A stretch of DNA of 64,000 nt from the human T2T-CHM13v2.0 reference genome, Homo sapiens: assembly GCF_009914755.1 (NCBI RefSeq), contig NC_060936.1; one strand, 5' to 3'. Below are positions 14,573 through 30,922 of this stretch, piece by piece. Numbering within the stretch: position 1 is the stretch's first letter; every line of letters begins with the position of its first letter. The notes below the pieces were generated by a model. The model saw nothing but the letters and a program-made list of their open reading frames with translations. It was not told the origin of the DNA and made no database searches. A program made the translations under genes and the position numbers.

Positions 14573-15684
14573 TCTTCACGGGTTTCTGTTTCTTTGCTAA
14601 TAATTTTCCCCTCTGACTCTGACTGACATGTAGAGCAGGGTGAGACCGTAGAGACCAACAAGTTCATTTCTCTGCTTTGCGGCGGGAACACCTCCCCACA
14701 GTCTCCTGGGATAGAGCCCACACCAGACAGACTGAGCTCTCCTGATTTTCAACAGTAACTATTTTTCTGCCTCATTTTTTCAGCCTCTGCTTTGTATCTC
14801 CTCACTTGCATCCTTAATTGACCATAATATAGAGCTGAAAGAAAAGACTGAATTATTTATCACTATAGTAATGAATAGTTTCATATTCCTTGTCTTTAAA
14901 CATATAAACAGAGGAATGGAATAGTTCATATTTCTCTAAGACAAGTACTCTGAATCAATTGCTTTTTATTTATAAAACCTATAGTGTTTCTCTCTCATAG
15001 GTAATGATCCTAGAAGAAGAAAAAATAGATTTCTTATGGCATCAGTAAGCATTCAATCTAGGTACTCTCTTGAAAATATTACAATTACTGTTACTACTCA
15101 CCGTTTATAATAAGAGTGAACAAGTTCAACAAAACTGCTCTGGGCAGTTTGACAACAGCTCAAGAGACTGACTCTCTTTGTTTCCCCAAATTGGATATAT
15201 AGTAGATTTTACCAAATATTTGCTCAATTTTAAATCAATGAACGCAATTTTGCTTCGTTGAACCACTTATTTTGGGAAAATGTCACAGTTCCAAGCTGAG
15301 TTTTACTAGTGAAATTTGCAAGTAATTATTTATAATGATATGCAAATTATCATCAGGCAATTCAGTAAAAAGATTAAAGATGGAGTGGCAATATTAAAAC
15401 TCCAGGAATTAACTGCTGTGAAAAAAGAAATGATTTTTAAAAATAATTTGAGCTATTTGTAAAAATTGAAATTTCTTTTTTGGTTACTGATTTTGAAAAA
15501 GTTAAAATACGAAATGAATGTAAGATACTTGAACGCCAATAAAAACCCCTTCAGGAAATTATCCTTAACTTATAGCCCAGTTTCATTGATAAAACCTTTA
15601 AAACACTAGAGATTTGAGCAAAGCAGTCAAAAATGTGTGTATTAGACTCCAGCCCCATAACATGTCTGAAATTGAAAGGATTTC

Positions 15685-15910
15685 AGAGTGCAGTGGTTAA
15701 GCTGGCTGACTCTGAGGATAGACATCACGGAGTGGGAGAACAGGGTAATTTGTGGTGTATTTGGGGGAATTATTGAACCTTCCTAAGCCTCCATTTCCCA
15801 GTCTACAAAATGAGACTGTTTAATATGTACCTTCCTCTTGGGAATTTCATAAAGATTAAATGCAACACCATAATTAAATGTCTTAGTATATTGTCTGGTT
15901 CATAATAAGA
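15685..15910 (+). mobile_element. MIR
   Basis: gcagtggttaag...ctaagcctccatttcccagtctacaaaatgag...aagattaaatg. Confidence 0.8.
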
Positions 15911-16066
15911 AAGAAATGTTTGGTAATATAAACAGGTGTTATAGTTACTATTTTTGAAGGAGATAATGAAATAAATCAATACTTATATGTGATAAATAAA
16001 ACTTTATGTTTACCATGATAAAAATATATAGTGCAAATGAACATAAAGGAGAACAATACATCTGAA

Positions 16067-16380
16067 ATTTTATTTTATTTTATTTTATTTTTCTGAGGCA
16101 AGATCTTGCTCTTCACCCAGGCTGGAGTGTAGTGGCGCAGTCATGGCTCACTGCAGCCTCAACCTCCTGGGGCTCATGCAATCCTCCTGCCTCAACCTCC
16201 GGGTAGCTGAGACTGCAGGCACATGTCACCATGACCAGCTAATGTTTGTATTTTTTGTAGAGACAGGGGTCTCACTATGTTGCCCAGGCTGGTCTCGAGC
16301 TCCTGAGCTCAAGGAATCTGCCCGCCTCAGCCTCCCAAAGTGTTGAGATCACAGGCATGAGTTATTGCATTGCGCCCAGC
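16067..16380 (-). mobile_element. AluJ
   Basis: cactgcagcctcaacctcctgggg and tctcactatgttgcccaggctgg (J-type). Confidence 0.95.
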
Positions 16381-16431
16381 TAAAAAATCCTTTACTATAC
16401 CATAGGTAAAGAATTGTCTCCACACAGTCAT

Positions 16432-16481
16432 TGTGTGTGTTTCTGTGTGTGTGTGTGTGTGTGTGTGCACGCGCGTGCGCA
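16432..16481. repeat. (TG)n plus (CG/CA) alternating tract
   Basis: tgtg...gtgcacgcgcgtgcgcac. Confidence 0.9.
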
Positions 16482-16526
16482 CAGTCTTCCAGAGTTATCC
16501 AGTGCATATCCAAGTGTATTTCACCC

Positions 16527-16782
<256 letters not shown>

Positions 16783-17849
16783 GTGTATTTCATCCTTTAA
16801 GAAATACAAATGGAAGCAGACAATACCCTTAGCTCTGATCCTTTCTGTTGCTCAGTGATAAATCCTCGAGATTGTTCTATATCAACACATAGAGATCTAC
16901 AGCCATGGATTTCCCGAATCTCGCTCACCATGTTTTCCTCTCCAGGGGAAAAGAGAAGTCATTTCCACGTTGACACTGCAGGTCATGACCTTTCCTTTCT
17001 GCTAATTACATGACAGCGTAGTGTAATAGGACATGGGCAGATAAGGCAATTTGACATTTAGGTAATCATTCTTTATAATTATTCAAGCTAGACCTACAAA
17101 AACCAGATAAGGAAAGGCATCTAGCCTCCTGAAATTCTAATCAAAATAATGGCAGGTATTTTTAATCAAGCAGTTGTGAAATGTTTGGTGGAAACATACT
17201 TCATTTTTCAGAACTATTGGGAAGGTCATTTCTCTTTCTGGAATCTCACGCTGTTTGCTAGACCTAATGTCATCATTTCTAAAAGGCAGCTGGATAGAGT
17301 GAAATTGTTGTAGAAAGTGAATTTTCTCAGCAGTAAATCTACTAATAATGAAATTTAAACTCCTGTGCATATTCTACAGCCAGCGAGTGTAAATCTGGTA
17401 GGCATCTTCCGCCCTTCGCATTCAAACCTTCTGCAATACAGGAAGTAAGAAACTCCTTTAAAAATCTGCTCTCAAGTATGATCTTCACTCCCCTTTTCCT
17501 ACCAAGAGGGTGATCACAGTTACTGATTGTGGACCATGGGGTCTCCATACTCGGGCCTTACCTAAGCTGAGTGGTAACTGTCTACACTCACTCCACACAT
17601 GGCTTCCAATCCATGCACCTGGATCTGAAGTTTCCACTGCAGCATGAAATTTGCATTATCTCCTCGCTTTCAGAATTTGGCCAGAAGACTGTTTTTTTCA
17701 GTCAGGACAAAAATACTACGTGGGAGAGGAAAGAGTGGTTTTTGCCTTCTCCTATTCACCCTGTTGATGAGGGAGGAATTTCCACACTAAGGCCATGGAA
17801 AGACTCAACACTTGCCCCCTGGGCCTGGACAGAGGAGAGTAATGGTAGC

Positions 17850-18590
17850 TGATCACTCACACAGGCTTACAGCCTGGAAGAAGAGCACAGCATACGCCAT
17901 GTACGGGGCCACACAGAGGGTGCACACAGGAGAAGAGTGAACATGCAGGGGCTATGGGAAGCAGGCTTTGTAGGAAGGAAAGCTTGAAGTAGGGAATTAG
18001 TCTGTTCTCACATTGCTAGTAAAGACATACTCGAGACTGGGTAATTTATAAAGGAAAGAGGTTTAATAGACTCACAGTTCCACATGGCTGGGGAGGCCTC
18101 ACAGTCATGGTGGAAGGCAAATAAGGAGCAAAGTCACATCTTACATGGCAGCAGGCAAGAGAGCTTATGCAGGGAAACTCCCCTTTAAAAAAACCACCAG
18201 ATCTCATGAGACTTATTCACTATCATGAGAACTGCACAGAAAAACCCACCCCCATGATTCAATTACCTCCCACCGAGTCCCTCCCACGACACATGGGGAT
18301 TATGGGAGCTACAATTCAAGATGAGATTTGGGTGGAGACACAGTCAAACCATACGAAGTAGCTTCTGGTTCCCAGGGGCAGATTCAGTCAGCTCGTTATT
18401 AAATAATTCTGCAGGGTGGCTGGGAACTGAGATGCGATACTCAGGATTAGACAGGGCCTGTGCCCAGTACCCGTGATGAGGAGGGCTCTCTGACTAGGGG
18501 ACTTAACTGTGGGAGCGGATTGGTGAGGAGAACTGGCAGCTGGGCCATCTGAATCCCTCCCAGCCTCCCCAGGTGTGAAGGAAACCATAC
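17850..18590. mobile_element. Older LTR-like relic hosting the THE1
   Basis: LTR-like sequence either side of the THE1; family uncertain. Confidence 0.35.
17995..18355 (-). mobile_element. THE1 (C/D) MaLR LTR
   Basis: attagtctgttctcacattgct...gagactgggtaatttataaaggaaagagg...aaaccata; flanked by gaagtag on both sides. Confidence 0.92.
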
Positions 18591-18635
18591 AGGTAGGCTT
18601 ACCTTACACGGTAACAGTGGACCCATGGGACAGCT

Positions 18636-18951
<316 letters not shown>

Positions 18952-20168
18952 GGGACAGTGTTTTTATATTTTTTGTCTGTTTGTTTTGCTGTTTCCTCTT
19001 TACTGGGTGACCCATCGAGTGACAGACCTTAAGCGGCACTGGAAGGACTCATGCCAGTAATTTTTGCTGACAGCAGTTCTAGGAGCCAGGGAGCCACAGC
19101 TCACATCCCAGGTGATGGAAGGGACCTCATCGACCTTCCCTCTCAGTGCTTCTGTCTATGGACATCCTTCCTTTACACTCTGACAGCACGTCTGTAAACA
19201 CTACCCAGCTTTCAAAGAGGTGGGTATCCATAGCATGTTCTCACTTTTGTTTAAATACAAAGTTTACGAGTATGGAGTTCTCTAGTTGCATCATCACACA
19301 TCCCAGCTGTAAAGAGATGTGTGACCATTTGGAGCATTCCCAGATGTCTGTGAAATAAACTATCTTTCGCTCTTTGAAAATGCATCTTGATGGACAGCTA
19401 CACTATGACCTAGCAGGCTGGAGGGGAAAATGGAACAAAAAAGTTTTGTTCTTCCAGATGCAGTTAAAGTATCATCCCTAGTGATAGCGATGATCCTGAG
19501 GAATCACATATTCTTCTATGCTGGAGAAAGTGGCATGAAGTCATTTGTATTGGGAGCTTCCATTTGGCAGGGTTGTGTGCCTGACGATCATTTCCAGGGG
19601 CAGCTTTCAAAGACGGGGAGAGAAGAGCCAAGGCCAAAACTGCAGGGGTGAGCGCCTCACTACCGCCTCCCTGTGGACGGGAATGGACTCTGCAGAGAAT
19701 TTACTGTAGAACGAGCCCCATAGTCGGCTTCTAAACTTGTCCTTTAAATAATAAAGTCACTATCTTCCTCTATTAGGTACCACTTCCATTATTATTTACT
19801 TAATATATTTTCTTTAAATTGACTCATTTTTCAAAGATATGTCTATTTTAAAGTGATAGTGTATGTCACGACTACGTGTGAAAGCTAATATCAAGTACTG
19901 CAGATTAAGTTACCAATAAGTGAAAATATGATCAAAACTATGTTGTTACAATCCAGCCAAATAGTAGTTTTTTCCTGTCGACAAACTAACAAATGTTAGG
20001 AAGGAGTTAAAAGTCTACCAACACCAACCTGATGCATGTCTTTAAAGGGATCATACATTATTCCATATTGAAATGAGCCATTCTAATGTTCAGCTTTTAG
20101 CTGATAGAATCTACGAGTAGGACAGAAATTCTATAACTGTTATGAAAATGTAAGATGTCCCAAACTTA

Positions 20169-20475
20169 GGCCGGGTGAGGTGGCTCATGCCTGTCACTCC
20201 CGCACTTTGGGGGGCTGAGGCAGGAGGATTGCTTGAGCCCAGAAGTTCAAAACCAGCCTAGGCAACATAGCAAGACCCTGTCTCTACAAGAAAAATTTTT
20301 AAAAAGCTGGACGTGGTGGCACACAGCTGTAGTATCAGCTACTCATGAGGCTGAGGTAGGAGGATCGCAGGAGCCCAGAAGTTCAAGGCTTCGGTGAACC
20401 ATGATCACGCCACTGCACTCCAGCCTGGGTGACAGAACGAGATCTTATCCAAAAAATAAAAATTAAAAAAAAAAA
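20169..20475 (+). mobile_element. AluJ
   Basis: gaggattgcttgagcccag; flanks share ccaaactta. Confidence 0.95.
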
Positions 20476-21177
20476 GCTATTCCAAACTTAGATGTCTGTA
20501 CCTAGCCTGAGTGAGGAAATATGTCACATCTGGGAGCAGTGGGGTCTGTGGTAGAATGGAGAGCAGGAGCCCTTTCCACAGGCTGTGAACTGGTAGAAGA
20601 TCAATCAGTCTGCCTGGTGCCTCTGTCCTCCGCCATAAAGGTGGGGTTACCACTGAAATCAAGTTGCAAATTCCAATGCTCCATTCTCAGTGAAATCATC
20701 CTGTAAGTAAGGAGTCATAATAGCTGCCTATTATTATTATATTACTATATTATTATTATATATTACTTATGAAGGATCAGGCTTTAGATTTAACACAGTA
20801 GGCTTGGAATGCAGCACAGGGGTAGATTCCTTTTTAGTACCACTTGAGAATGCCATTAATATGTAAACTTAAGTCTGGGTGTGTGCCTGCAATTCTTTGG
20901 GGGCACTCAGTATTGAAGAACTAAAGGGAAAGTTGTAAAGATTTAAGGGAATCATTTGCTCAGCCAAAGTCAAAATTGTACCACAAGTTTTTTTGGTAAA
21001 ATGCATGGTCAGAGCTATTTAATTAATGTGTCAAAAAAAAGCAGGGGGCCAAGGCATTCACTGGAAATAAATATCCGTTCTGGTTCTAGTGAAAAGCAGC
21101 TTGAGTCACAGCTTGGCAGGGAGATGGATTTATTTCTGTCCCTCTCAACCTCTAAGCTACCTGTAGCTCTCCGTGCA

Positions 21178-21369
21178 TCTCTCTTTCTCTCTCTCTGAAT
21201 AGATAAATATACAGATAGACAGCTATAGAGATATGAATGTACAGTATGTGTACATATACACACACATATAGGTATGAATATATATAGGTGTATGTATAGA
21301 TATGCATGTATATATACACACACGCACATATATATACATATATATACAGAGAGAGAGGAGTGTGTGTGT

Positions 21370-21406
<37 letters not shown>
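21178..21406. repeat. Compound microsatellite (CT/TA/CA/GA/TG)
   Basis: Successive dinucleotide runs. Confidence 0.9.
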
Positions 21407-21407
<1 letters not shown>

Positions 21408-21453
21408 TTGGTGGGGGCATACCTATAAAACATTGATCTTAAAGTGTAGCTTA

Positions 21454-21775
<322 letters not shown>

Positions 21776-22299
21776 TTAGTCAGTTTTTTAAGGCCACTTT
21801 GAGAATTAATCCATGCGATTACACTTGGGGCTTTCTGAAACTTAGATTTCTCATCTATGAACTGGGAATAAGTCCATCACATAGATAATATGACAGCTAA
21901 TTGATAATATAAAGGTGTTTAGTACACTCACACATAGGAAGTAATCAATAAATATCCCACCATGTAAACAAGGAGTCAGCATGTGTCCTGAAAGATGCTT
22001 TTCCCTGACATTTCTCCTACTAGCTCCCTTGTGGGTGTTGACTTGAAAACTCAATACCAGTCACTCTGCTCTGGGCCCCAGGAGGCTGACCTCAGTGGAC
22101 TGTCATATCTGCCCTGTTTTGTCCTTCAACCCCTGGTTGGGTTCAGTGGGCTGGTAAATTATTGAGATAATAATAAGTTGGATCAAGTTGGCAACAGTCA
22201 TCGGAAGCACATAGCCGTGCCCACATATAATTGTTCTTTTTACCAAGCTACATAAAAAAGGAGAAAGTAGGAGAAGCTGACAGTGGGGGACCCACCTCC

Positions 22300-22480
22300 T
22301 ACCAGGTAGACACTTTCTCCATAAATGTTTCATTATTTCTCAACCTACCCAATGACCTTTTTTTTTTTTTTACAAATGAGAAATCTGAGGTTCAGAGACG
22401 TTAAGACGCTTGCCCAAATGTACAAAGAGTATTAGTGGAGCCAACATCCAAATTCAGCCGTATTTGACTTGCAACAGCAC
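22300..22480. mobile_element. MIR
   Basis: tttacaaatgagaaatctgaggttcagagacgttaagacgcttgcccaa. Confidence 0.8.
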
Positions 22481-22598
22481 AACCTTTCCAATGTGCAAAT
22501 TTCAGTAGCCTTTGCACCACGAAGTAAGAAGTAGTTGGAGGTGCATCAGTTAAACTGTCCATTGTGAGAATTCATGGATTATCATTTTTTATTTTTAA

Positions 22599-23020
<422 letters not shown>

Positions 23021-23220
23021 TCAAGCAGAATCTAACTTGTCACTTGCTTATGTCAGCAGCATTCCATGGTTGAAAGGGTGATCAGCATGGTGATGGTGAT
23101 GATGATGATCTTGATGATACACAGAAAATACTGATGAGTGCCTCTATGTGACGAGTACTGCTCTGTGCATTCTGCAAGGGCCACTTTCTTGAACCCTCAT
23201 AATAACTTTTTTTGAGGGCA

Positions 23221-23554
23221 TATATACTACCAGTCTCCATATTTTACAGTGAATGAGCTGAGGAAACAGAATTTTATTAACTCATCCAAGGTCAACCAGC
23301 AGTAAGACTCAAACACAGTTTTACCTTATTCTGTGTATACTACCAGTCTCCACATTTTACAGAGTGAGCTGAGAAAACAGAAGTTTATTAACTTATCCAA
23401 GGTCAACCAGCAGTAAGACTCAAACACAGTTTTACTTTATTCTGTGTATACTACCAGTCTCCACATTTTACAGAGTGAGCTGAGAAAACAGAAGTTTATT
23501 AACTTATCCAAGGTCAACCAGCAGTAAGACTGAAACACAGTGTTACCTTATTCT
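23221..23554. repeat. 3 x 111-113 bp tandem repeat made from a MIR core
   Basis: Units start at 23221, 23334 and 23445; each has attttacag...gagctgag...atccaaggtcaaccagcagtaagact. Confidence 0.96.
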
Positions 23555-23807
23555 AGAATTGTCTTACTTAACTGTAACCTATTCATGTTTTTAGCAAAGC
23601 TGGGTTGGGGTAGAATTCTCAGAAATGTCTTTCTTTTGATTACGTTCGTAGTTCTTGCCCATATTTGGGTCTATTACAAGCATGCATGACATTTTTGGGC
23701 ATAAAATTTCAAAGAACAGACAGTGATAACTTAATTCTATTGCATGATGCACAACATTTTTAAAGTAAATAAAATTAAAATTCACTTTTAAAATATGTGT
23801 AATTCCC

Positions 23808-24132
<325 letters not shown>

Positions 24133-25619
24133 CTAGAGTAAAGCAAAAAGAAAACTAGAGAGTAAAAGATAGATTGAATGCTTGTAACAGCACTGGATCA
24201 AAAAGAACTGGGCTGGTCCCCAGGACAGCTTTTGCTACCTCCCCACTCTGCCTTTAAGAAATGCAAATCCAGAAAATGTTAGCACCTCAGTTCTTTTATT
24301 TGTAAATGAATGTACCTGCCTAACCCACTTTACAAAGTTATTAGGAGTGTAAGACCAAAGACACAAGATATGAATGCACTCATTGGTAAGAAAAAAAAAA
24401 AAAAAGAAGTTGGATAGTAAAATTCAAACACAAAATTTTAATAGGCTTTGACACGTTGCAGTGAAAAAGGAATGTGTACAAAACCCAGGAGCTCATGAAA
24501 GCAGAGAAACAGGACTTTAGTGTTAGAATGGCAGGACAAGGCAGCAGAACCAGGTTCCAATTAATGAGAGCTGCTGCTTCTGCTTAGCTGAAATCAAACT
24601 ACCTAAGTATGCAGAGAAGGAGAATAGAAAGTAAATTTTGGAATGAGGCCAGTATTTAAATCCTAGCCCTGGCATAGAGGATACCTGCTTGTTCAGACCA
24701 GATGTCTCAGCAGGACAAAGAATCTCTAATCCTTAGTCACGGGCTCAGAACCAGAATAGCGGTCCTGCAAGAGCTGAGATTGGGTTTCTGCCATTCTTGA
24801 GGAATGGGAGTTCAGAAGGAAACAAAGACAAGATGTACAACTAAAAATAAAATCACTTTGGGAATTTTTCCTCAATCTGGGTGTGATAGCTGAGATCCAC
24901 ACCCACCTTATTACGAAGGTCTTGATGTGCCATCCAATGTTCTTGATGTGATTTGATGACATGAGTTTTCTTAAGTATCTGAAGTCATGTGTCCTTGGTT
25001 TCTGTGTCATGGTGCCTCAAGCTCTAGAGGAAATGAATTGGTAATTTTTAGCAGGAGAAAAAATGTGTCTTTCAACAAAATAAAAAAGAATCTGCATAGA
25101 ACTAAATTCTTTCTTTCATCGTCTTTTTTCTTTATTTCTGGTGAGCCATTTAGAAAGTATTTTGTGATCGCCTTAAGCCCCAATCCCCTAGCACTTCTGT
25201 GTGAAGCATACTCCAAGGTAGGGTCAAGTGAGGCAAAGATAACTGTGTTTTATTGTGATTATGATTGCTGCTTCCATAAAGCCAAACAAAGCACCCCGTT
25301 CTTTATAATTATAGTATGGTCATAAAAGAGCATCTTAAATGAAGAAAACACTGTCACCCATTTAAACTCAGATGACATTTTATGTTGGGAATTAGCATCA
25401 CCAGGATTTATCTCAAATCAAACTATAAAAGAATCAAACATTCAAAGAATAAACCCAATCATTAATCTGTGGAGATCCTTTGTTCTTCTTCTTTTCCTGA
25501 AAAAAATGTTTAGTTTGAGTTGAGATGAGAAAAGAAGAGAAATAGAAAGCCATCGGTATTTGCAACCTCAATCCATCACACAGGAGACGTTTCAGGGAAG
25601 AAGATCGTTGTCAAGGATG

Positions 25620-25910
25620 CAGTAACAGTAGATTTAAGTGTGGAGTGTGGCTTCTAATTGACTGGAAGGGCATACTCCTGGCTGAAATGTTGACAGCCAG
25701 AAGCAGAGCATATTTTCTCTCTTTTCTTTTCCTCTGCCATAGCCACCAGCAGTTTCCATGTGGGGCTGCACCATCAGCTTAGGCCCCTGAGTGACGTGGC
25801 GAGCAGACAGCAGATGACCCATAAGGACCCACAGTGTGATCAGTGAATAAATCTCGGAGGTTTACGTCACTGAGATTCTGGGCTTGTTTGTTGCCACATC
25901 ATTACTTAGT
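25620..25910 (+). mobile_element. MLT1 fragment
   Basis: ctgcaccatcagcttaggcccctgagtgac...gtcactgagattctgggcttgtttgttgccaca. Confidence 0.6.
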
Positions 25911-25911
25911 C

Positions 25912-26097
25912 ACTATTTCTCCAACTTAAACATGCATAAGAATCATTTGAGGGATTACTAAAATCCATATCTCTGGGCTCAACTCCCCAACATTGCAGTA
26001 TAGTAGGTCTTGTGTTGGGGTCCAAAATTTGCATTTCTAACAGGATCCCATGCAATGCTGATGGTGCTGGTCATCTGAATTCTCTTTGAAAAGCACT
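25912..26097. mobile_element. MER5A (hAT-Charlie MITE)
   Basis: ttctccaactt...agaatcatttgaggg...tttgcatttctaacaggatccca...gctgatggtgctgg...tttgaaaagcact. Confidence 0.85.
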
Positions 26098-26778
26098 TAC
26101 TATTCTATTCTGATTGAGACATGTCCCAAATTAGACACCCAGTTAATTGAAGCTTTTCTCATTACTGCCATCCTTATTATCACCATCATTATCATCTCCT
26201 TCATCACCTGTGATCTCTATTTCTAGATGGAACCATCAGGGACATTGAAATGACTTATCTCCTTGATTTGCAAAAAAACAAATATTAGTTTAGCATTAAC
26301 TTTTCTCTCCACTAATTTCAAAGCGGTCTCATAACCTGAATAAGAGACCTGCTGATGTGAAGGAAATAATACTAAGAGTAGACTATGCTTAGTATTATTA
26401 CTCAACTTCTGTCAATGTCCTTTGAATAGTAATTAATTTTAATCCCAGAAGAAGTGAGAACTGCATTTCAGGAAGAGAAGCAGAAAAGCAAATAACCAAT
26501 TAGTATCAAAAATACATCTAAAAATAACACTAAAAATACATCTAAAAATATTGAGTTAATGAGTCCTTAATCTAGAAATTAGAGGACATTATTTTAAGAT
26601 AATTGATTTGCCCAGATTTTATTCATAAAGAAAAAGGTATAAACACATTCAGTGAAAATATCAAACAATGCTCCTGGAAAACTAAGGAAAGCTGAGAACC
26701 CAAGAGAATTCTGAGGAGTGAAGATCATCCAAGAGCATTTAACACATAAAATATAAACACAGCAACTCTCTCCCCCAC

Positions 26779-27432
<654 letters not shown>

Positions 27433-28209
27433 ACCACCTTTTTTCTCTGCAATAGGCCTCCCTGTTCCCACATCTTCATTAAGACAGCTGCCTCTAGGGG
27501 TTGCAGTAAGAACCTCATTGCCAGATTCGCTGATTCCCTCAATGTCTCTGCAGCAATCAGAATTTCCTGGGCATTTTCACTTGAGTTTTCCCACACCAGG
27601 ATTCCAAGGATTAGAGGTTTGAATGGCTGTAGCTGTGAAAAGTGGGAAGGAAGAATAAAGTATATTATTTGGCTCTGAATTGCCCATATTTTCACATTAG
27701 TTTTCTAGCATTGTTTTATACATAAACAAACACACTACCATAATAAAATATATTAACCTTTAGTAGAGTAGTATTTCTTATACCTATAAAGCTGTTACTA
27801 AATCAATAATGTATCTACTTTCTATTACCCTTCTCTGCAGCTAAGAATCCTGGAAATCAGCTAATATTCATTGACACAGGGGATGGTACACAATCATTCA
27901 GCAATTCTCAGATAAGAGTACTTTATTCTGCATTTCATGGGAAAAGGTTCTGGGGCCCAAAGTGTTGATTAACTTTTCCAGACTCACATGTCTAATGGAT
28001 CACGGAGACAAAGGCATTGCAGAGCTCAAAGTGAGGCATGGGCCTGAGTTTCCTGACAGGTTGGTTTCACTCCACATCTGAGATTCCCATGCAACATTTG
28101 CTCCACTGCATGGACCAGCTGATCCACATATCCTAAGAGGGCTTTCTCAGTGACAGAATCAGCAAACCCTGAAGATCTGAAAGTCTGCCTTCAGAACTGA
28201 CCTGTGTGT

Positions 28210-28547
<338 letters not shown>

Positions 28548-29315
28548 CTACAAACCAGGTCCTTTTCTATAATTAGCTTTTTAACCAACAATTGGAAAAG
28601 AACCAGTGTTCCTCAAAATTTTGAGAAAGGTAAACAAACCTTAAATAATAGATGTATTAGTTTAATTAGTTAATTCTTCTTCATGTTCAATTGGGAAGCT
28701 AGGAAGCCAAATAGAGCTAATTGTAAATGTGTGTTTGACAAATAAAAGGCTGAGTGGTTAGTTAATTAAAATACCCAAGGACGAGCATTGCCAGAGCGTT
28801 GCGCTCCTTGTGAAGGAAGCGGGAGGAAGCGTTGGGAGTGGGCAGTGCAGCCTCTGGGCTGCCAGGAACAAGGCGGCTGCGTGGACGCACCATGGGAAGC
28901 TCTGCAGGGTTCTCTTGTGCACACACGGTGATGACGACTGATCAGAGTGGCAGAACCTCGTGTCCCAAAAGTCCTGCAATGTCTCAGCTAGCAGGGGCAC
29001 CCAGTACCATCTCCAGCAGCTCCACTGTTTCAGCTTGGGGTCGAAGGCTTAGAGAGGAAGCATGAACTCCCAAGGTCACCTGAGGACTCTGTGGCAAAGA
29101 CAGACACAGAACCTAGGGTCAAGGGCTCCACAACCAGTTCCCCATCCATTGGTATTTATTAAGCATTTATTATGCACTTAGTATCTTGCAATGTTTCACA
29201 TGAGGAAACTTGGTTGTTTCCCTTAGGAAACAATTACTTATTCATTTATTTAGCAAGTACTTATTTAACTTCTATGTGTGAAGTGTCAAACAGCAGAAAG
29301 CCAGACTCTTGTTTA

Positions 29316-29638
<323 letters not shown>

Positions 29639-29663
29639 GTAAGACATATTTTATACATACAAC

Positions 29664-30618
<955 letters not shown>

Positions 30619-30687
30619 TAAGAACTGTGTATAAAACCATGAAGGAAACAGAGAATCATGACTTTATAGCATTTATATAATAATGAT

Positions 30688-30750
30688 GGGCAACAGAGTG
30701 AGACTCCGTCTCAAAAAAAATAAAATAAAACTTAAAAAAAAATAAATAAA
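30688..30750 (+). mobile_element. Extremely 5'-truncated Alu (about 25 bp plus tail) with TSD
   Basis: gggcaacagagtgagactccgtctc + A-tail flanked by ataataatgat. Confidence 0.88.
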
Positions 30751-30837
30751 TAATGATGGAGCTTATTACATTCAATTCAGTTTCATCGTAGATAAATTTA
30801 AGTTACTCAAATTCACCTTTGTGTGTGTGTTGCCCAG

Positions 30838-30872
30838 GGAGAGAGGGAAACGGGGAGGTGAGAGAGAGATAG

Positions 30873-30918
<46 letters not shown>
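30838..30918. repeat. (GA)n microsatellite
   Basis: Long ga run. Confidence 0.95.
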
Positions 30919-30922
<4 letters not shown>

